A stretch of DNA of 64,000 bases from Octopus vulgaris (GCA_951406725.2 OX597833.1:57598001-57662000); one strand, 5' to 3'; positions 40,682 through 55,224 are shown, numbered from the stretch's first letter. Notes: generated from the letters alone by a model not told the origin. Translations and numbers: made by a program.

Positions 40682-41071
40682 GGAATGGAAGCACTCCGTC
40701 GGTTACGGCGATTAGGGTTCCGGTTGATCCGAATCAGCGGAACAGCCTGCTCGTGAAATTAACGTGTAAGTGGCTGAGCACTCCACAGACACGTGTACCC
40801 TTAACGTAGTTCTCGGGGATATTCAGCGTGACACAGAGAGTGACGACAAGGCCGGCCCTTTGAAGTACAGGTACAACAGAAACAGAAAGTAAGAGTGAGA
40901 GAAAGTTGTGGTGAAAGAGTACAGCAGGGATCGCCACCAACCCCTGCCGGAGCCTCGTGGAGCTTTAGGTGTTTTCGCTCAATAAACACTCACAACGCCC
41001 GGTCTGGGAATCGAAACCGCGATCCTATGACCGCGAGTCCGCTACCCTAACCACTGGGCCATTGCGCCTCC
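40682..41071 (-). mobile_element. Full-length SINE C
   Basis: TSD CACACATTCAT at 40671 and 41073. Confidence 0.92.
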
Positions 41072-41104
41072 ACACACATTCATACAAAAATACATTAATG
41101 CGTT

Positions 41105-41166
<62 letters not shown>

Positions 41167-41224
41167 TGCGTGTCTGTATTGATATATAGAAAGAGAGCGA
41201 GAGATAGGTAGATACATATATATT

Positions 41225-41459
41225 CTTTACTGTCTTTTACTCTTCTACTTGTTTCTGTCATTTGACTGTGGCCATGCCGGAGCACCGCCTTTAGTCGAGC
41301 AATTCGACCCCAGGACCTATTCTTTGTAAGCCTAGTACTTATTCTATCGGTCTCTTTGGCCGAACCGCTAAGTAACGGGGACGTAAACACACCAGCATCG
41401 GTTGTCAAGCGATGTTGGGGAGACAAACACAGACACACAAACATACACACACACACACT

Positions 41460-41521
<62 letters not shown>

Positions 41522-41682
41522 GGGCTTCTTTCAGTTTCCGTCTACCAAATCCACTCACAAGGCTTTGGTCGGCCCAAGGCTAAAGTAGAAGACACTTGCC
41601 CAAGGTGCCACGCAGTGGGATTGAACTCGGAACCATGTGGTTGGTAAGCAAGCTACTTACCACACAACCACTCCTACGCCTA
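41225..41682 (-). mobile_element. SINE A
   Basis: Family A head and tail. Confidence 0.9.
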
Positions 41683-41734
41683 TTATACATAATATACTTA
41701 TACATGTTCATACACACACATACACACATAAGTA

Positions 41735-42560
41735 CATAGATGATTTGTTGGCTGATAAAAGACGTACTTTGTCACGCTATTTGTCAGCAAAGCCACAAGA
41801 AAGGGAAATGCTGCATGGGGAACTCAAGGACGTAAAATCACGTGTGAGGCAAAGGCTCTCTCAGACGAGGGATACATGGTGGAGTAAGAAGGCTGACGAG
41901 ATACAGGCGGCATCAGATTCCAATAACACAAAGCTGTTGTATGCTCTCTTGCGAGAAGTTTATGGACCGACGTCTTCCCTGATGACACCACTTCGAAGCA
42001 GGGATGGTAAAGAACTTCTTCGTGATTCACAAGGAATTCTGCGAAGGTGGCAAGAACACTTTGATGAACTTTTGAATCAGCAGTCTGTAGTTAGTGAGGA
42101 TGTTCTCAATCTCATCCCTGAATTGCCTGTGAAGGCAGCATTCGCAGAACCACCAAAGTTTGAAGAAGTTGCAATGGCTGTCTCAAGGTTGAATAATGGG
42201 AAATCTCCGGGTATGGATGGCATACATGCGGAGTTGTTACAGCATGGTGGTGAGAAAATTCTGCAGAAACTTCACACTTTATTTGGTAAGGTATGGATTA
42301 GTGAATCTGTACCTGAGGACTGGAGAGATGCAGTAATGGTGGTCCTATATAAGGGTAAGGGCAACAGGAATGATTGTGGTAATTGTAGGGGAGTATCATT
42401 GCTGTCTGCTGTAGGAAAGGTTTTATGCAGGATACTTCTGGATCGTCTGCTGAAATACATTGCAGACTGTGTTTTTCCAGAAAGTCAATCTGGCTTTCGT
42501 GTGGGACGTGGCACTGCTTATATAATCTTTTTTCAGCTAGACAGCTTCAGGAAAAGTGAG
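41735..42560 (+). mobile_element. RTE-clade LINE internal fragment (linker plus N-terminal reverse transcriptase)
   Basis: RWQEHFDELLN, GKSPGMDGIHAELL, VPEDWRDA..VVLYKGKG..DCGNCRGVSLLSAVGKVL, PESQSGFRVGRGT; breaks near 42530-42560. Confidence 0.93.
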
Positions 42561-42708
42561 CCTGGATGCGCATTCATCCCTCCGTCGATGCTCTCGGTGT
42601 CGGGGTTGACCTGCTTTCTCTTCTGCGGGTCTTACGAATAGCAAAGGACCACGTTTCGGACTTCTCCCACTACACTGGGACGAAGACCGCTTCGCTCACC
42701 AGCAACAG

Positions 42709-42746
<38 letters not shown>

Positions 42747-42795
42747 ACAGTAGTAGTAGAAGAAGTAGTAGAAGTAGTAGAAGAAGAGTAGAAGA

Positions 42796-42852
<57 letters not shown>

Positions 42853-43249
42853 GGTGGTAGTGGTTGGGATGGTGGTGGTGGCGATAGTGGTGGTGATAAT
42901 AGTAGTGGTGGTGGTCGAACCTCTGGTAGTATTTAATATCAGTTGCTGAAAAAACTAAACATAGTACTCTATCATAAGAGACCTGTAATCATTGCTGTGG
43001 TGGAGGGGTCACTTTGTCGTAAATTCCGCCGACAGAGGTTGATACTGCTTCCTCAAACCAAACTGGCAATGACCAGACCCTGAGCGGATATCCTGGTATT
43101 GACAGTCGATTTGTGCCCAAGAACGATTTCGTCACTCTTGCACGCAAGCCGAATAGGTTCAACTAATATCGCTTTTACACAAGTAGATCTTAATACCGTT
43201 CTATATCTAAGACATGAGGAATTATACCAATACTTATTATTTTTTTTTT

Positions 43250-43403
43250 CAAATCTGGTACTTATTCTATCGGTTAGTTTTGCCGAACCGCTAGATTACG
43301 GGGACATAAATACACCAGCACCGGTTGTCAAGCGGTGGTAGGAGAGAAACACAGACACAAAGATACGCGCAAAACACGCACGCACACACACACCCACACA
43401 CAC

Positions 43404-43461
<58 letters not shown>

Positions 43462-43625
43462 GATAGGCTTCTTTTAGTTTCCGTCTACCAAATCCACTCA
43501 CAACGCCTTGGTTAGTCCGAAGCTATGTAGTAGAATACGCTTGTGAAGATGCCACGCAGGAGGAATGAACCCGGAACCATGTGGTTAAGGAAGAAAGCTT
43601 TTTTACCACACAGTCACGCCTACCC
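43250..43625 (-). mobile_element. SINE A, diverged
   Basis: Family A body and head. Confidence 0.8.
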
Positions 43626-43639
43626 CAAAAATTTGACTG

Positions 43640-43718
43640 TGTCAGCGGTGGGATTCGAACGAACGCCTCCGAAAAGACTGATGCCTAAAGCCATCGCCTT
43701 AGACCACTCGGTACCTAC
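43640..43718 (-). pseudogene. Degenerate tRNA-Leu(TAG)-like sequence
   Basis: Minus: CCGAGTGGTCTAAGGCGATGGCTTTAGGCATCAGTCTTTTCGGAGGCGTTCGTTCGAATCCCACCGCTGACA; long variable arm; broken T and anticodon stems; followed by TTTTT. Confidence 0.75.
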
Positions 43719-43751
43719 GTGTGTATGTATGTATGTATGTATCTATCTATC

Positions 43752-44155
43752 TTCCAGAAGGGAAGGGTCTTCCTTTGATGCTGATATGCAATGTCTGTGC
43801 AAGACCCTGCCTCAGTAATGCTGGACTCAAGAGTCATCTTCGTAGTCATAAAGCGAGACAGATGAGTGACAACCTGGCCACTGGTGGTGGTGTAACACAC
43901 CATACTAATCATATCTGTCGGGAATGTGGAAGAGAGTGTAATACGGCAGGAGGACTTAAACGACATGCAAAGGTACATGAAGCCCAGTTACAACTACAGC
44001 CGGCTATTACCGGAAAAGTTTTTAGTTGCCAATTCTGTACAAAACATTGTAGATCTTTAGCTGGGCTAAAAAAAGTCACATTCGATCACAGCACCAATAA
44101 CAGTTAAGCTTCGTGCAATGGCCATACTAGATAACGGGGGGGGGGGCAGACATAA
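43752..44155 (+). mobile_element. RTE-like LINE 3' end with three tandem C2H2 zinc fingers
   Basis: CNVC..AGLKSHLRSH, CREC..GGLKRHAKVH, CQFC..AGLK(SHIRSH); resembles the RTE C-terminal CxxC..GL..H...H motif; short 3' UTR runs into (TATC)n. Confidence 0.65.
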
Positions 44156-44157
44156 TG

Positions 44158-44368
<211 letters not shown>

Positions 44369-44395
44369 GTATGTATATATATATATGTAAATATA

Positions 44396-44447
<52 letters not shown>

Positions 44448-44906
44448 TAGATAGATAGATAGATACATACATATTCGCAGTCGTATGAACAGCTTGAGTT
44501 AGAACTGCATTACTCTAAGTTTCTCCCCGGTGTTTTTCTTTCTTACGTATGCAAAGTTACAAGTAGTGCATTTTTAATGTTTGCGTCAAGCTGATAACAC
44601 AAATATTTATATATTTTATGCACGTATTTCTGCTAAGTTACCTGACTGTTTGTCTATCAGCCCGTCTGACACTCTCTCTTTTTCTTTCTATTTCTCTGCA
44701 TGGGTAAGTACGTAAATGCATATATCTCTCTATATAAACATGTATATGTGTGCATACGTATCTACATTTCAGTGAAAAGCTATTCAGAAGCATAGACGAT
44801 ATCTAAACGGCAACACAAACATTTCTCTCTTGTAAAGAACCTGATTTTTTTGATCAAGGAATCAGTTAGAAAATCCGGTTTTGAGGCGCTTACGTAACTG
44901 TGTATT

Positions 44907-45330
44907 TATGTATGTATGTATGAATGTATGAATGTATGTATGTATGTATGTATGTATGTATGTATGTATGTATGTATGTATGTATGTATGTATGTATGTA
45001 TGTATGTATGTATGTATGTATGTGTGTATGTATGTATGTATGTATGTATGTGTGTGTGTATGTATGTATGTATGTATGTACGTACGTACGTATGTATGTA
45101 TGTATGTATGTATGTATGTATATGTGTATGTATGTATGTATCTATGTATGTATGCATGTATGTATGTATGTATGTATGTGTGTATGTATGTATGTATGTA
45201 TGAATGTATGTATGTATGTATGCATGTATGTATGTGTATGTATGTATGTATGTATGTATGTATATATGTATGTATGTATGTATGTATGCATGTATGTATG
45301 TATGTATATATGTGTGTGTGTATGTATATA

Positions 45331-45375
<45 letters not shown>
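44907..45375. repeat. (TATG)n/(TA)n microsatellite
   Basis: Direct reading. Confidence 0.95.
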
Positions 45376-45469
45376 TTGTTGACAGACAGTAGCCAGCTTC
45401 GCTTATAAATGATGGGATAAAACGTGCAGACTGAATTAATATACAAACATTAAGAGAGGTCAAACAAAA

Positions 45470-46400
45470 CAACACACCCACTCTAAAAATATTACCTCAT
45501 ATTCCCACATACAACCCCAGAAATATCGGAGCATATAACACTATTACCCCCAAACCTTTCATTTCTACATAAGGACCCTAAGATGTATGAAATTCAACGC
45601 ACCCATAAAATTATTAAAAGCAACAAACATCCCAAAACTACTAAAGCCGATATTCACAAATGTAAAACTATATTTAAAAATAACGGAAGCAAGAATTAAA
45701 AATATGGACGACATAATAGAAGGCGCAGAATTCCATTTTAAACAAGGAGAAAAGTTTAAAATTAAGAGCGACTTTACTTGCGCCTCTGAAAATCTCATCT
45801 ACATCATAACATTCCGGCTGCTGTGGGAACTATATAGGTTCCACAGGAATGTCCCTTAGACGTAGATCTATACCACACAGAAAACAAATCTACCACCCTA
45901 ATACCGTCAAATATCACTCAGCGGTCATATAGACAGATGTGCAAAGGAACGCCAATCACAATTCACTATAACTCCACTATACCAATGCATGGAAAGGGCT
46001 TCAACTCAACAACGACGAAATAAAGAGGCTACATTTATTGAAAAATACAAACCAAAACTTAACATGGGTATATAATGGACTTCACAAAAAAAAAAAACAA
46101 GAAGAAAAAGGAAAAGGATTTACTTCCCCTTAGCTAAGAAATATTATATCTACTGATTATCCCTTTAGCTAAAAAAAAAACATATTCACTGATTATTCTC
46201 CTTGAGCTACAATCTCCTGTATAATTGCAAAACTGGAGCATACTTGCTTCTACGCAAGATTAAATCAAAAGCTTAATATGTCAAGATTTCATGACTAGAG
46301 AAACGAAACAGGTAGACTATATACATATTGGAATGGATTAAATAATCTTTATCTACACAAACAAAATTTCTGTGCTTTTTCACCTTAAATCTCAGTATAT
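45470..46400 (+). mobile_element. Penelope-like element 3' part: frameshifted GIY-YIG endonuclease plus pseudo-LTR
   Basis: FTCASENLIYIIT..., shifted YIGST, LRRR..H, SLSGHIDRC, KEATFIEKYKPKLN; eroded hammerhead at 46280-46317. Confidence 0.82.
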
Positions 46401-47620
46401 ATATAAAATTCATATGTTTTACATATATATTATATCATACATATATGCATGTATACATGTATACATCCAACCATCCATCCATCCATCCATCCATCCATCC
46501 ATCCATCCATCCATCCATCCATGCATACATACATACATACATTATGCATATGGCTGCCCATTTTTTTCCTCCTTGGTTTTTTTTTTCTGAAGTATGGTCG
46601 AATGCGTGAGCTCGAAACGTAAAAGACTTAACTGTTACTGGTGCCATGTGATCGAATGTGACTTTTTAGCCCAGCTAAAGATCTACAATGTACATACATA
46701 CATGCATGCATACATACATACATACATACACACATACATACATACATACATACATACATACATACATACATACATACATACATACATACATACATACGTA
46801 TGTGTGTGTATGTGTATGTTTATAAAAAAGCAATGTGTCCGACAAAATCATGTTTCGCCCAAAGGTTCTTCCTATATATATATATATAAACTTTTATATG
46901 TTACATTTTATTTTGTTTGTGTATGATGTAGATGGATTTCGCTTCGACTTATTTACAATTGGAAACTCTTATATAAACCAATTCTTTACTCTTTCTGTGG
47001 CGACCAAACGCTCCAAGAATTTGCTACGCAGAAATTCTTTCTTGGTCTGTATGTATGAGTATGTGTGTGGATACGTATGAATGTTTGTGTATATTTTGTG
47101 CATTTCTTAAGATATAAACATATACATATCTATATTATGTCATATGAACCTTTGTATGTATGAGTGTACGTATGTACACACTCACACACACGCATACATA
47201 CACACACACACACACATATACACAGAAGCACCCTCCCCACGCACGCTCACAAACATGCCACCTCCCAGACGCTGCACGTGTCAAGTGTGTGCAGTTTTGT
47301 ACGTGCAAACGAAGTCGAGAAACACCGCGGCAGCACCTTGGCATGTACGCATGCGCACCTTGATAGAGCGAGCTCGAGAAATCAGATAAGAACAGGCGGC
47401 CAAGACTCACCTTATCTGATAAGTGTCGCATGTGGTGACGTAGGCGGGAGCGGCAGACGGGGGGGTGGGGATTTTTGTGAGGGTCGAGGGCAGATTACAA
47501 GATTGAAATGAAGCTAAGCATGATAAACCGCACAATATATATACACACACACACACACATACATATATTATATCGTAATATGTACATATATAATATCGTA
47601 AATATATATGTATGTATATA

Positions 47621-47675
<55 letters not shown>

Positions 47676-47683
47676 TACGATAT

Positions 47684-47770
<87 letters not shown>

Positions 47771-47835
47771 TTAGATATATGTATATATATATATATATGA
47801 TGCATGTATGCATGCATGGATATATGTATAGGCAT

Positions 47836-47885
<50 letters not shown>

Positions 47886-48084
47886 GTATGTATTCATATG
47901 TATATATATATATATACGTGTATGAATATATGTGTGTGTATGTGAGTGTCTGCGTGTGTGTGGGTGTGTATGCATGTGTGTGTGTATGTGTGTATATATG
48001 TGTGTGTGTATGACAGCCGGAATATATTGATAATTGCAACAACAACTACAAAAAAAAAAAGAAAACAAGGAAAATGTCATTACG

Positions 48085-48285
48085 TTGTCGCTCAGTCTGG
48101 TAGAAATAGCAGCCAAATCTCACTCAAATCACATAATGTTGATAGAAGAAGAAAATACAGACACATTGGGTATTTTATACCTAACAATAAAGGAAAAAAA
48201 CATGGGGGTCGCAGCTGGAACGTCTTTGATAAGATATCTGCTCCATCGGAGCTAACTGTCTGCTAACCAATGAAAATAACAACCA
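48085..48285 (+). mobile_element. Degenerate SINE-like 3' fragment (family D); related pieces at ~49510-49900
   Basis: Shared CT(G)TAGAAA(T/C)AG.AGC.AAA..CTC.CTC and GCTG(G/A)AA.G.CTTTGAT motifs ending GCTAA + CAA. Confidence 0.5.
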
Positions 48286-48304
48286 TCGCCAGTCGCCTCA
48301 TCTT

Positions 48305-48630
48305 CACCACCACCACCACCACCACCACCGCCGCCGCCGCCGCCGCCGCCACCACCACCTTCACCACCTTCACCTCCAACACGTCAACCCCAACCAATAT
48401 CACAAACCCCACCGCAACACTACATCACTACCACCGCCACCACCACTTTCATCAATCCAGATATGGCCTCTACCACCAGCATCACCACCACCACCATCAC
48501 TACCACCAGCACTACCAGCACCACCAGCACCATCACCACCACCACCACCACCACCACCATCACCACCACCACCACCACCATCACCACCACCACCACCACC
48601 ACCACCACCGCCGCCGCCGCCGCCGCCACT

Positions 48631-48661
<31 letters not shown>

Positions 48662-48690
48662 GCGACAACACAAACACCACTACCATCGCA
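48305..48690. repeat. (CAC)n/(CGC)n/(CAA)n compound trinucleotide repeat
   Basis: Direct reading. Confidence 0.9.
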
Positions 48691-48789
48691 ACGAACGCTT
48701 TGACCACTCAGAACGATCGCTATATTTGAACACCATATACACCCGCTTGCTCAAACACACGCACACATACAAGCATACTTCGATGGTCA

Positions 48790-49367
48790 TTCGGAATGCT
48801 CACAGCAGCCATATTCCTACCGCTCTATGTCACGCTGGTGAGACTCATATTGGAGTACGGGATTCAAGCCTCTTCTCTTATCTCCTCAAAGACATACATC
48901 ATCTCGAAAGAGTCCAGAAGCTGGCTACCCGCATGGTTCTTGGTCTCAAGAATTTGTCTTATGAAGAAAGGCTGAAGACGCTCGACCTTTATTCTCTAGA
49001 AAAACGACGACGCCGTGGTGATCTCATTCTTGCTCACAACATCATAAGCGGAAAGTGTAACCTCTCGAAAGAGCTGTTCTTCACTCCTGCTCCAGAGCGT
49101 CGGCTGCGGGGTCACTCCGAAAAGCTCTATCTGCGACGATTTCATCTCAATCGAAGGAGAGGGGCTTTCTCCATCCGGGTTGCGGATCCGTGGCATAAGC
49201 TGCCGGACGAGATAGTGAAGGTGCCGACGACCGTTCGGTTCAAAGTCTCTCTTGACCAGAAATGGCCTGAACTCTCTGTATGACCACCCTCCCTGTACAT
49301 AACTCCATGTCGCCGTACATGGCCTTGCTTTTGCTTTTTGAGCCAATAAAAATTGAATTGAATTGAA
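48790..49367 (+). mobile_element. CR1-like LINE 3' end
   Basis: LERVQKLATRMVLGLKNLSYEERLKTLDLYSLEKRRRRGDLI...RGH...FSIRVADPWHKLP; AATAAA and (AATTG)n tail. Confidence 0.93.
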
Positions 49368-49425
<58 letters not shown>

Positions 49426-49939
49426 CAGTCCCACATTCACCATTACTTCTATTATCGACACTTCTTGACTCCTACCACCAACGTTACTCACATATCAGCG
49501 AAAGAGCCTATACGTGTTTACCTGACCTGCTAGAAACAGTAGCAAAAAACTCCCTTGTTTTCTGTATACTGTCTTCAAAAACAGAGAAACATATTAGGTA
49601 ACGTCGTTCCATGTCGCAATAAAGTTAATCAATTAATTAAGGGTGTAAAAGGGATGGACTACGTCAGAGCTTTTAAAGTGCCGATGTGAATTATAACAGC
49701 TTTTGCGACAATTATTGCCTCAGTTATCAGTAAATAATTTGCTGATATGCTCATGATTATTTAGTGTTAAGTAAGTGATATTAAAACCATGTTACATTTA
49801 GTAACATTCTTCGAATGAAATAAACGGGACAATCATGGCTGAAATGCCTTTGATCACAGCTGTGCCCAGTTAGGGTTTACCTGGGGCTAAAACAACAATA
49901 CCAACAACAAAAACAGAATAAGAAGCAACAGCAACAAGA

Positions 49940-50175
49940 ACATCATCATCATCATCATCATCATCGTCCTCATCGTTGTTGTCATCGTCATCATAATCAT
50001 GGTCGTGGATGTCATCGTCGTCATCACCACCACCATCGTCATGATCATCATGATCACCATCATCATCATCATCACGATGACCATCATCATCGTCATCATC
50101 GTTATCGCCATCATCATCATCGTCATCATGACCATCATCATCGTCATCATGACCATGACCATCATCATCATCATC

Positions 50176-50265
<90 letters not shown>
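49940..50265. repeat. (ATC)n microsatellite
   Basis: Direct reading. Confidence 0.95.
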
Positions 50266-50266
<1 letters not shown>

Positions 50267-50446
50267 AGTTTGCAAATGCCTCTGAGCGAGTGTCTGCAAC
50301 AAAGAAAATCTTCAGTCAGTCAGTCGTCAGAAAACTAGATTTAAGAAAGAACATTCGAGATCCTTACTGATAAACACACACACACACGCACACAAACGCT
50401 GATGCATTCTCACACGCGTTCTCTATGTATATAATGTATATATTTG

Positions 50447-50557
<111 letters not shown>

Positions 50558-50571
50558 TATATACATATATG

Positions 50572-50719
<148 letters not shown>

Positions 50720-50946
50720 TATATGTATATATATATACATATATACATATGATATTGTACATGTCAGTGTGTGTGTGTGTGTGTGTGTGTGTGTCACGTG
50801 GGATGGAGGGAGGGTGTGCTGCACTATCTTATCTTATCTTGAACACAGAATCTTTCCACTCATGTTTTTTGTTTGGAAGGACGACCAGCAGAGCGGTGGG
50901 AACAAATGTCTCAATGTTAAGCTGTGAGATATTTTTCGTGCTTGTT

Positions 50947-50977
<31 letters not shown>

Positions 50978-51062
50978 TACACACACGAACACAAACACAC
51001 ACACAGACACACACATATACGCACACAGACACACACATATAAATATGTATCTTTACAATACG

Positions 51063-51136
<74 letters not shown>

Positions 51137-51274
51137 GTGTGTGTGTGTGTGTGTTGTGTGTGTGTGTGTATACGGAGAGAGGGAGGAGGGATAGGGATAT
51201 TTCACACGAATATCTACATCTAAATATATCCGTGTGAATTGTTTACAAACGAATCCGAAAGACACACAGACACA

Positions 51275-51318
<44 letters not shown>

Positions 51319-51831
51319 TTGAAAGAAACAGGCAAATTGATAAACATATGCGTATGCTGCAATCTTTAGGCAGAGACTTACACACACACCCGTAATATAA
51401 TTGTATAGTACGATTTAACGGTTTAAAATGCATGACATATAAAACAGTATTTAAAAATACATGTGCATCCTTTTATATCGAATCAGAACACAGCAGGAAG
51501 AATTCGGGTATCATCTGTTAGGTTTCTTTTCGACGGTGTCTTGAATTAGAAAGAACAAAGAGTACACAATGCGAGCCAAGTAGGTTTCTGTGCTCCACAC
51601 TTCATCAGAGATTGGCCCGCATTACGTAATTCAGTCATTGGGCTCATTGAAACATGTGTAAGATAACATGAAGTATTATATGAACCAACAGTAGTTTAGT
51701 TTCCTCTTAGCAATGCACCCGCGGTTGGTCAGTCTTCGACTTGTGTATTCCACAACTCCCTTCTCTTTCTACCTCTCTCTCTTTCTTTCTCTGTCTGTCT
51801 GTCTGTCTGTCTTTCTGTATGAAAATATATA

Positions 51832-52007
51832 CGAGGGGTGCTGAAGAGTTCCTGGCTCTCAGGGTGCTGCGAAAGGCCTGGTTGGAGGCCTAATATTCCG
51901 AGTTCTTTGGCAGGGCTTAGCAAAACTGAAGGACCACTGCAGTAAGTGTAAATCTGAGAGGAGAATGTGTCGAATAAAATCAAAATTAATTGATACTACT
52001 GTATTTT

Positions 52008-52088
<81 letters not shown>

Positions 52089-52210
52089 TGTGAGTGTGTG
52101 TGTATGTGTGTGTGTATGTGTGTGTGTAAGTGTGTGTGTGTAGATAAATAGATAGATAGATATAGATATATGTGTGTCTTTGGTCCCAAGCGCCACTTGA
52201 CATCCCCTCG
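51832..52210. mobile_element. Possible mariner-derived MITE remnant
   Basis: TA-CGAGGGG at left and CCCCTCG-TA at right, like the mariner TIR start; inner parts of the ends do not match. Confidence 0.4.
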
Positions 52211-52242
<32 letters not shown>

Positions 52243-52314
52243 TGTATGTATGTATGTATGTATGTATGTATGTATGTATGTATGTATGTATGTATATATA
52301 TATATATATATATA

Positions 52315-52450
52315 GTTAGAATTTACAAAAAAAATACCTAACGACGAAGACAGGTGTGTAAACAACAAACAAGTGTATTAGTTTACCGCTCGGGAAGGTG
52401 AAAAAGTCTTTTACGTTTCGAGCCTACGTTCTTCAACAGAAAGGAACACG
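52315..52450 (-). mobile_element. Penelope-like module (family F) with degenerate hammerhead at 52408-52443
   Basis: CTTT-CTGTTGA-A-GAAC.GTAG.GCTC-GAAA-CGTA-AAAG; homologous to 57869-57995. Confidence 0.6.
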
Positions 52451-52795
52451 AGGAACTAAACAGAGAAAGAATTAAAAAGTTACAATGAATACAGAGATCT
52501 GCGTATTTTATATTTCTACAATCAATTGCACAGCGTATGGGAATTAAATGTGTACGGCGCTTCAAACCACGTCGGTAGCGTAGACTAATAACCAGATGAA
52601 TGTAACTAGGTACAAATATAATTGCGAAATGTCTACATTTGGTAAACTATTTATAATCCGGCGAAGCGAACCCCAAATTTACCCATTGGACGAAATTCCT
52701 TGGGATCGCTTATCTCAAGTAATCCTGGTGCACTTGTCCACTCGATTCGGTTCGCCATAAAATGGTTTAACGGAATCCGCTTGGATAATTTATCC

Positions 52796-52871
<76 letters not shown>

Positions 52872-52973
52872 ACACACACATATGTAATATATAGACATAG
52901 GTGTCTATATATGTCTGTGTATATGTGTCTATATATGTATGTATGTATATATATATATATATATATATGTTTG

Positions 52974-53044
<71 letters not shown>

Positions 53045-54383
53045 ATGGGGTGTCACTAACAGTGCAAACAACACAAAATACGTAAACGAACGAGTTAAAT
53101 ACTCAAACAACGAGAGAAAAAAATGGAAAATAGGACAAGTAAACACAGAGGAAGGACCTTTCATCAGTTGTTGGCTGTCTATCTAATCCTCATTTCGAGC
53201 ATTAAATGACAATATGAGTCTTGAAAGACAGTTGCTCCCATAAATTCTAAAATAAAATTTAGGATTTATGGAAGGTCAAAGTTGGGAACAAAAACAGGAC
53301 ATTTTGAGCCATACAAGGAAACCGAACGAAAACGTTTGACCAGAACGAGAGGAAAATAGTGAACGCTGGGAGAAATATTTTCTTTGAAAAGAGAAAAGAT
53401 AGAAGAGAGAGAGAGAGAAAGAAAAACGTCCAGTCCTTTATACGTCCGTGCAGGAAAAGAAAGATGGTCACGTGAAGGAAAAGAAAGATGGACGATGGTC
53501 ATGTATGAGCAACGAGAGAGAGAGAAAAAGAGAAAGTGGGGTGGGAGAGGGAGAAACAGATAAAAACGGTGAAGGCGGGAGGGGGAGAAAAAGGATAGAT
53601 ATGATAATCTGCCCTTCAATTTGAGCATTCTTGTCTTACCACATTGCTTACTCTCTCTCTCTCTTTCTCTTAATGTCGAATCCCCTCTCTCTCCCTCACT
53701 CTATCCCTTTATGTTTCTGCAGATTCCTTCATCAGACTAGACAACACAGTATTTCCTTTATCTCTTAACTTCACTCCTGAGCCAATTTCTTCACAAGTAC
53801 CCATCACATGCACACACACACACACACACACACAACTTCTCTCTCTCTCTCTCCCTCTCTCTCAGTCTCCCTCTCTCTCAGTCTCCCTTCGTCTATCTCG
53901 GTTCAATCGGAATATCTATTCCCCTCCATTCTCAACGATAATCTAGCTGCATCTAGCACAAGTGGCCTTGACCTCTTAACGTCAAAGAGTTTCTTAAGTT
54001 CAAAGAATATAATTTTGGTGGAGTATGTATCTGTACTCGTGTGTTTACAAGACTCTGAGAAAGAGCGAAAAAGAGAGGGAGAGAAAGAGAGAGAGAGAAG
54101 AAGAAGGGAGGTAGGGAGCGTGTATAAATTATCTATATGTGTATTTGCATTAAACACACATCAGTATGAATGCATGTATTTAAATATATATATTTAAATG
54201 TAGAATGGCACTAGCTGCCTTATTCTCGCTCACCCTTTCTTTCTTTCTTCCTTTCTTTCCTTCCTTCCTTCCTTCTTTCTTTCATTCTCACTCTCTACCT
54301 ATATATATATATATATATATGTGTATATGTATATATGTATATATATGTGTGTATATATATATATATATATAATATATATTATA

Positions 54384-54482
<99 letters not shown>

Positions 54483-54785
54483 GCATATATACATAGAAAC
54501 ATACATACAAACATACATACATATATATACATATATAAATATATGTAATACATATTACACATTCTCTCGCAAACACACACACACATATATATATATATAC
54601 ATATATACACATATATAAATCATAAATATATTTACGTATGTATATATATATATATACGTATATATATATATGTATATGTGTATATGTGCATATATGTATA
54701 TATATATATATCTACATACACACACATATATATATATATATACATATATACATATATGTATGTATGTATATATATAAATATGTGA

Positions 54786-54825
<40 letters not shown>

Positions 54826-54834
54826 TTGTGTGTG

Positions 54835-54880
<46 letters not shown>

Positions 54881-55125
54881 TGTATGTAACATAGATATGC
54901 AGCATATGTACATGTAGATGTGTTTTTATCGACGTTATCATATTGGCGATAAGAGACTTCTCGGATTCTGAACACCCTATCTCCATGGTAACTTTTCATC
55001 GGTAATAAAATATCATTTTTCGCTGAAATGGTAACAAATATAAGGGAGAGCTGTTACTTTCGTTTTCACACACACACACACACACACACAAAGAAACATA
55101 CGCGCGCGCGCACTGAGATATATAA

Positions 55126-55208
<83 letters not shown>

Positions 55209-55224
55209 TTAGTAGCAAATCGAC

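Noticed and set aside
42560-42700. Hairpin followed by GAAACGT on the minus strand, possible ribozyme
   Set aside because: Core spacing wrong for a hammerhead and no HDV-like pseudoknot found by eye; probably a fragment of another retroelement UTR
48270-48632. Poly-His/Thr/Ala ORF resembling a transcription-factor low-complexity region
   Set aside because: Trinucleotide repeats with no domain, starting within a SINE-like tail
53140-53745. CTGATGA motifs on the minus strand at ~53161 and ~53729
   Set aside because: No convincing helix II/GAAA/helix I arrangement; at most eroded Penelope ends
53903-54050. Protein-like stretch YSTKIIFFELKKLFDVKRSRPLVLDAARL
   Set aside because: Short, unrecognised, no supporting neighbouring exons
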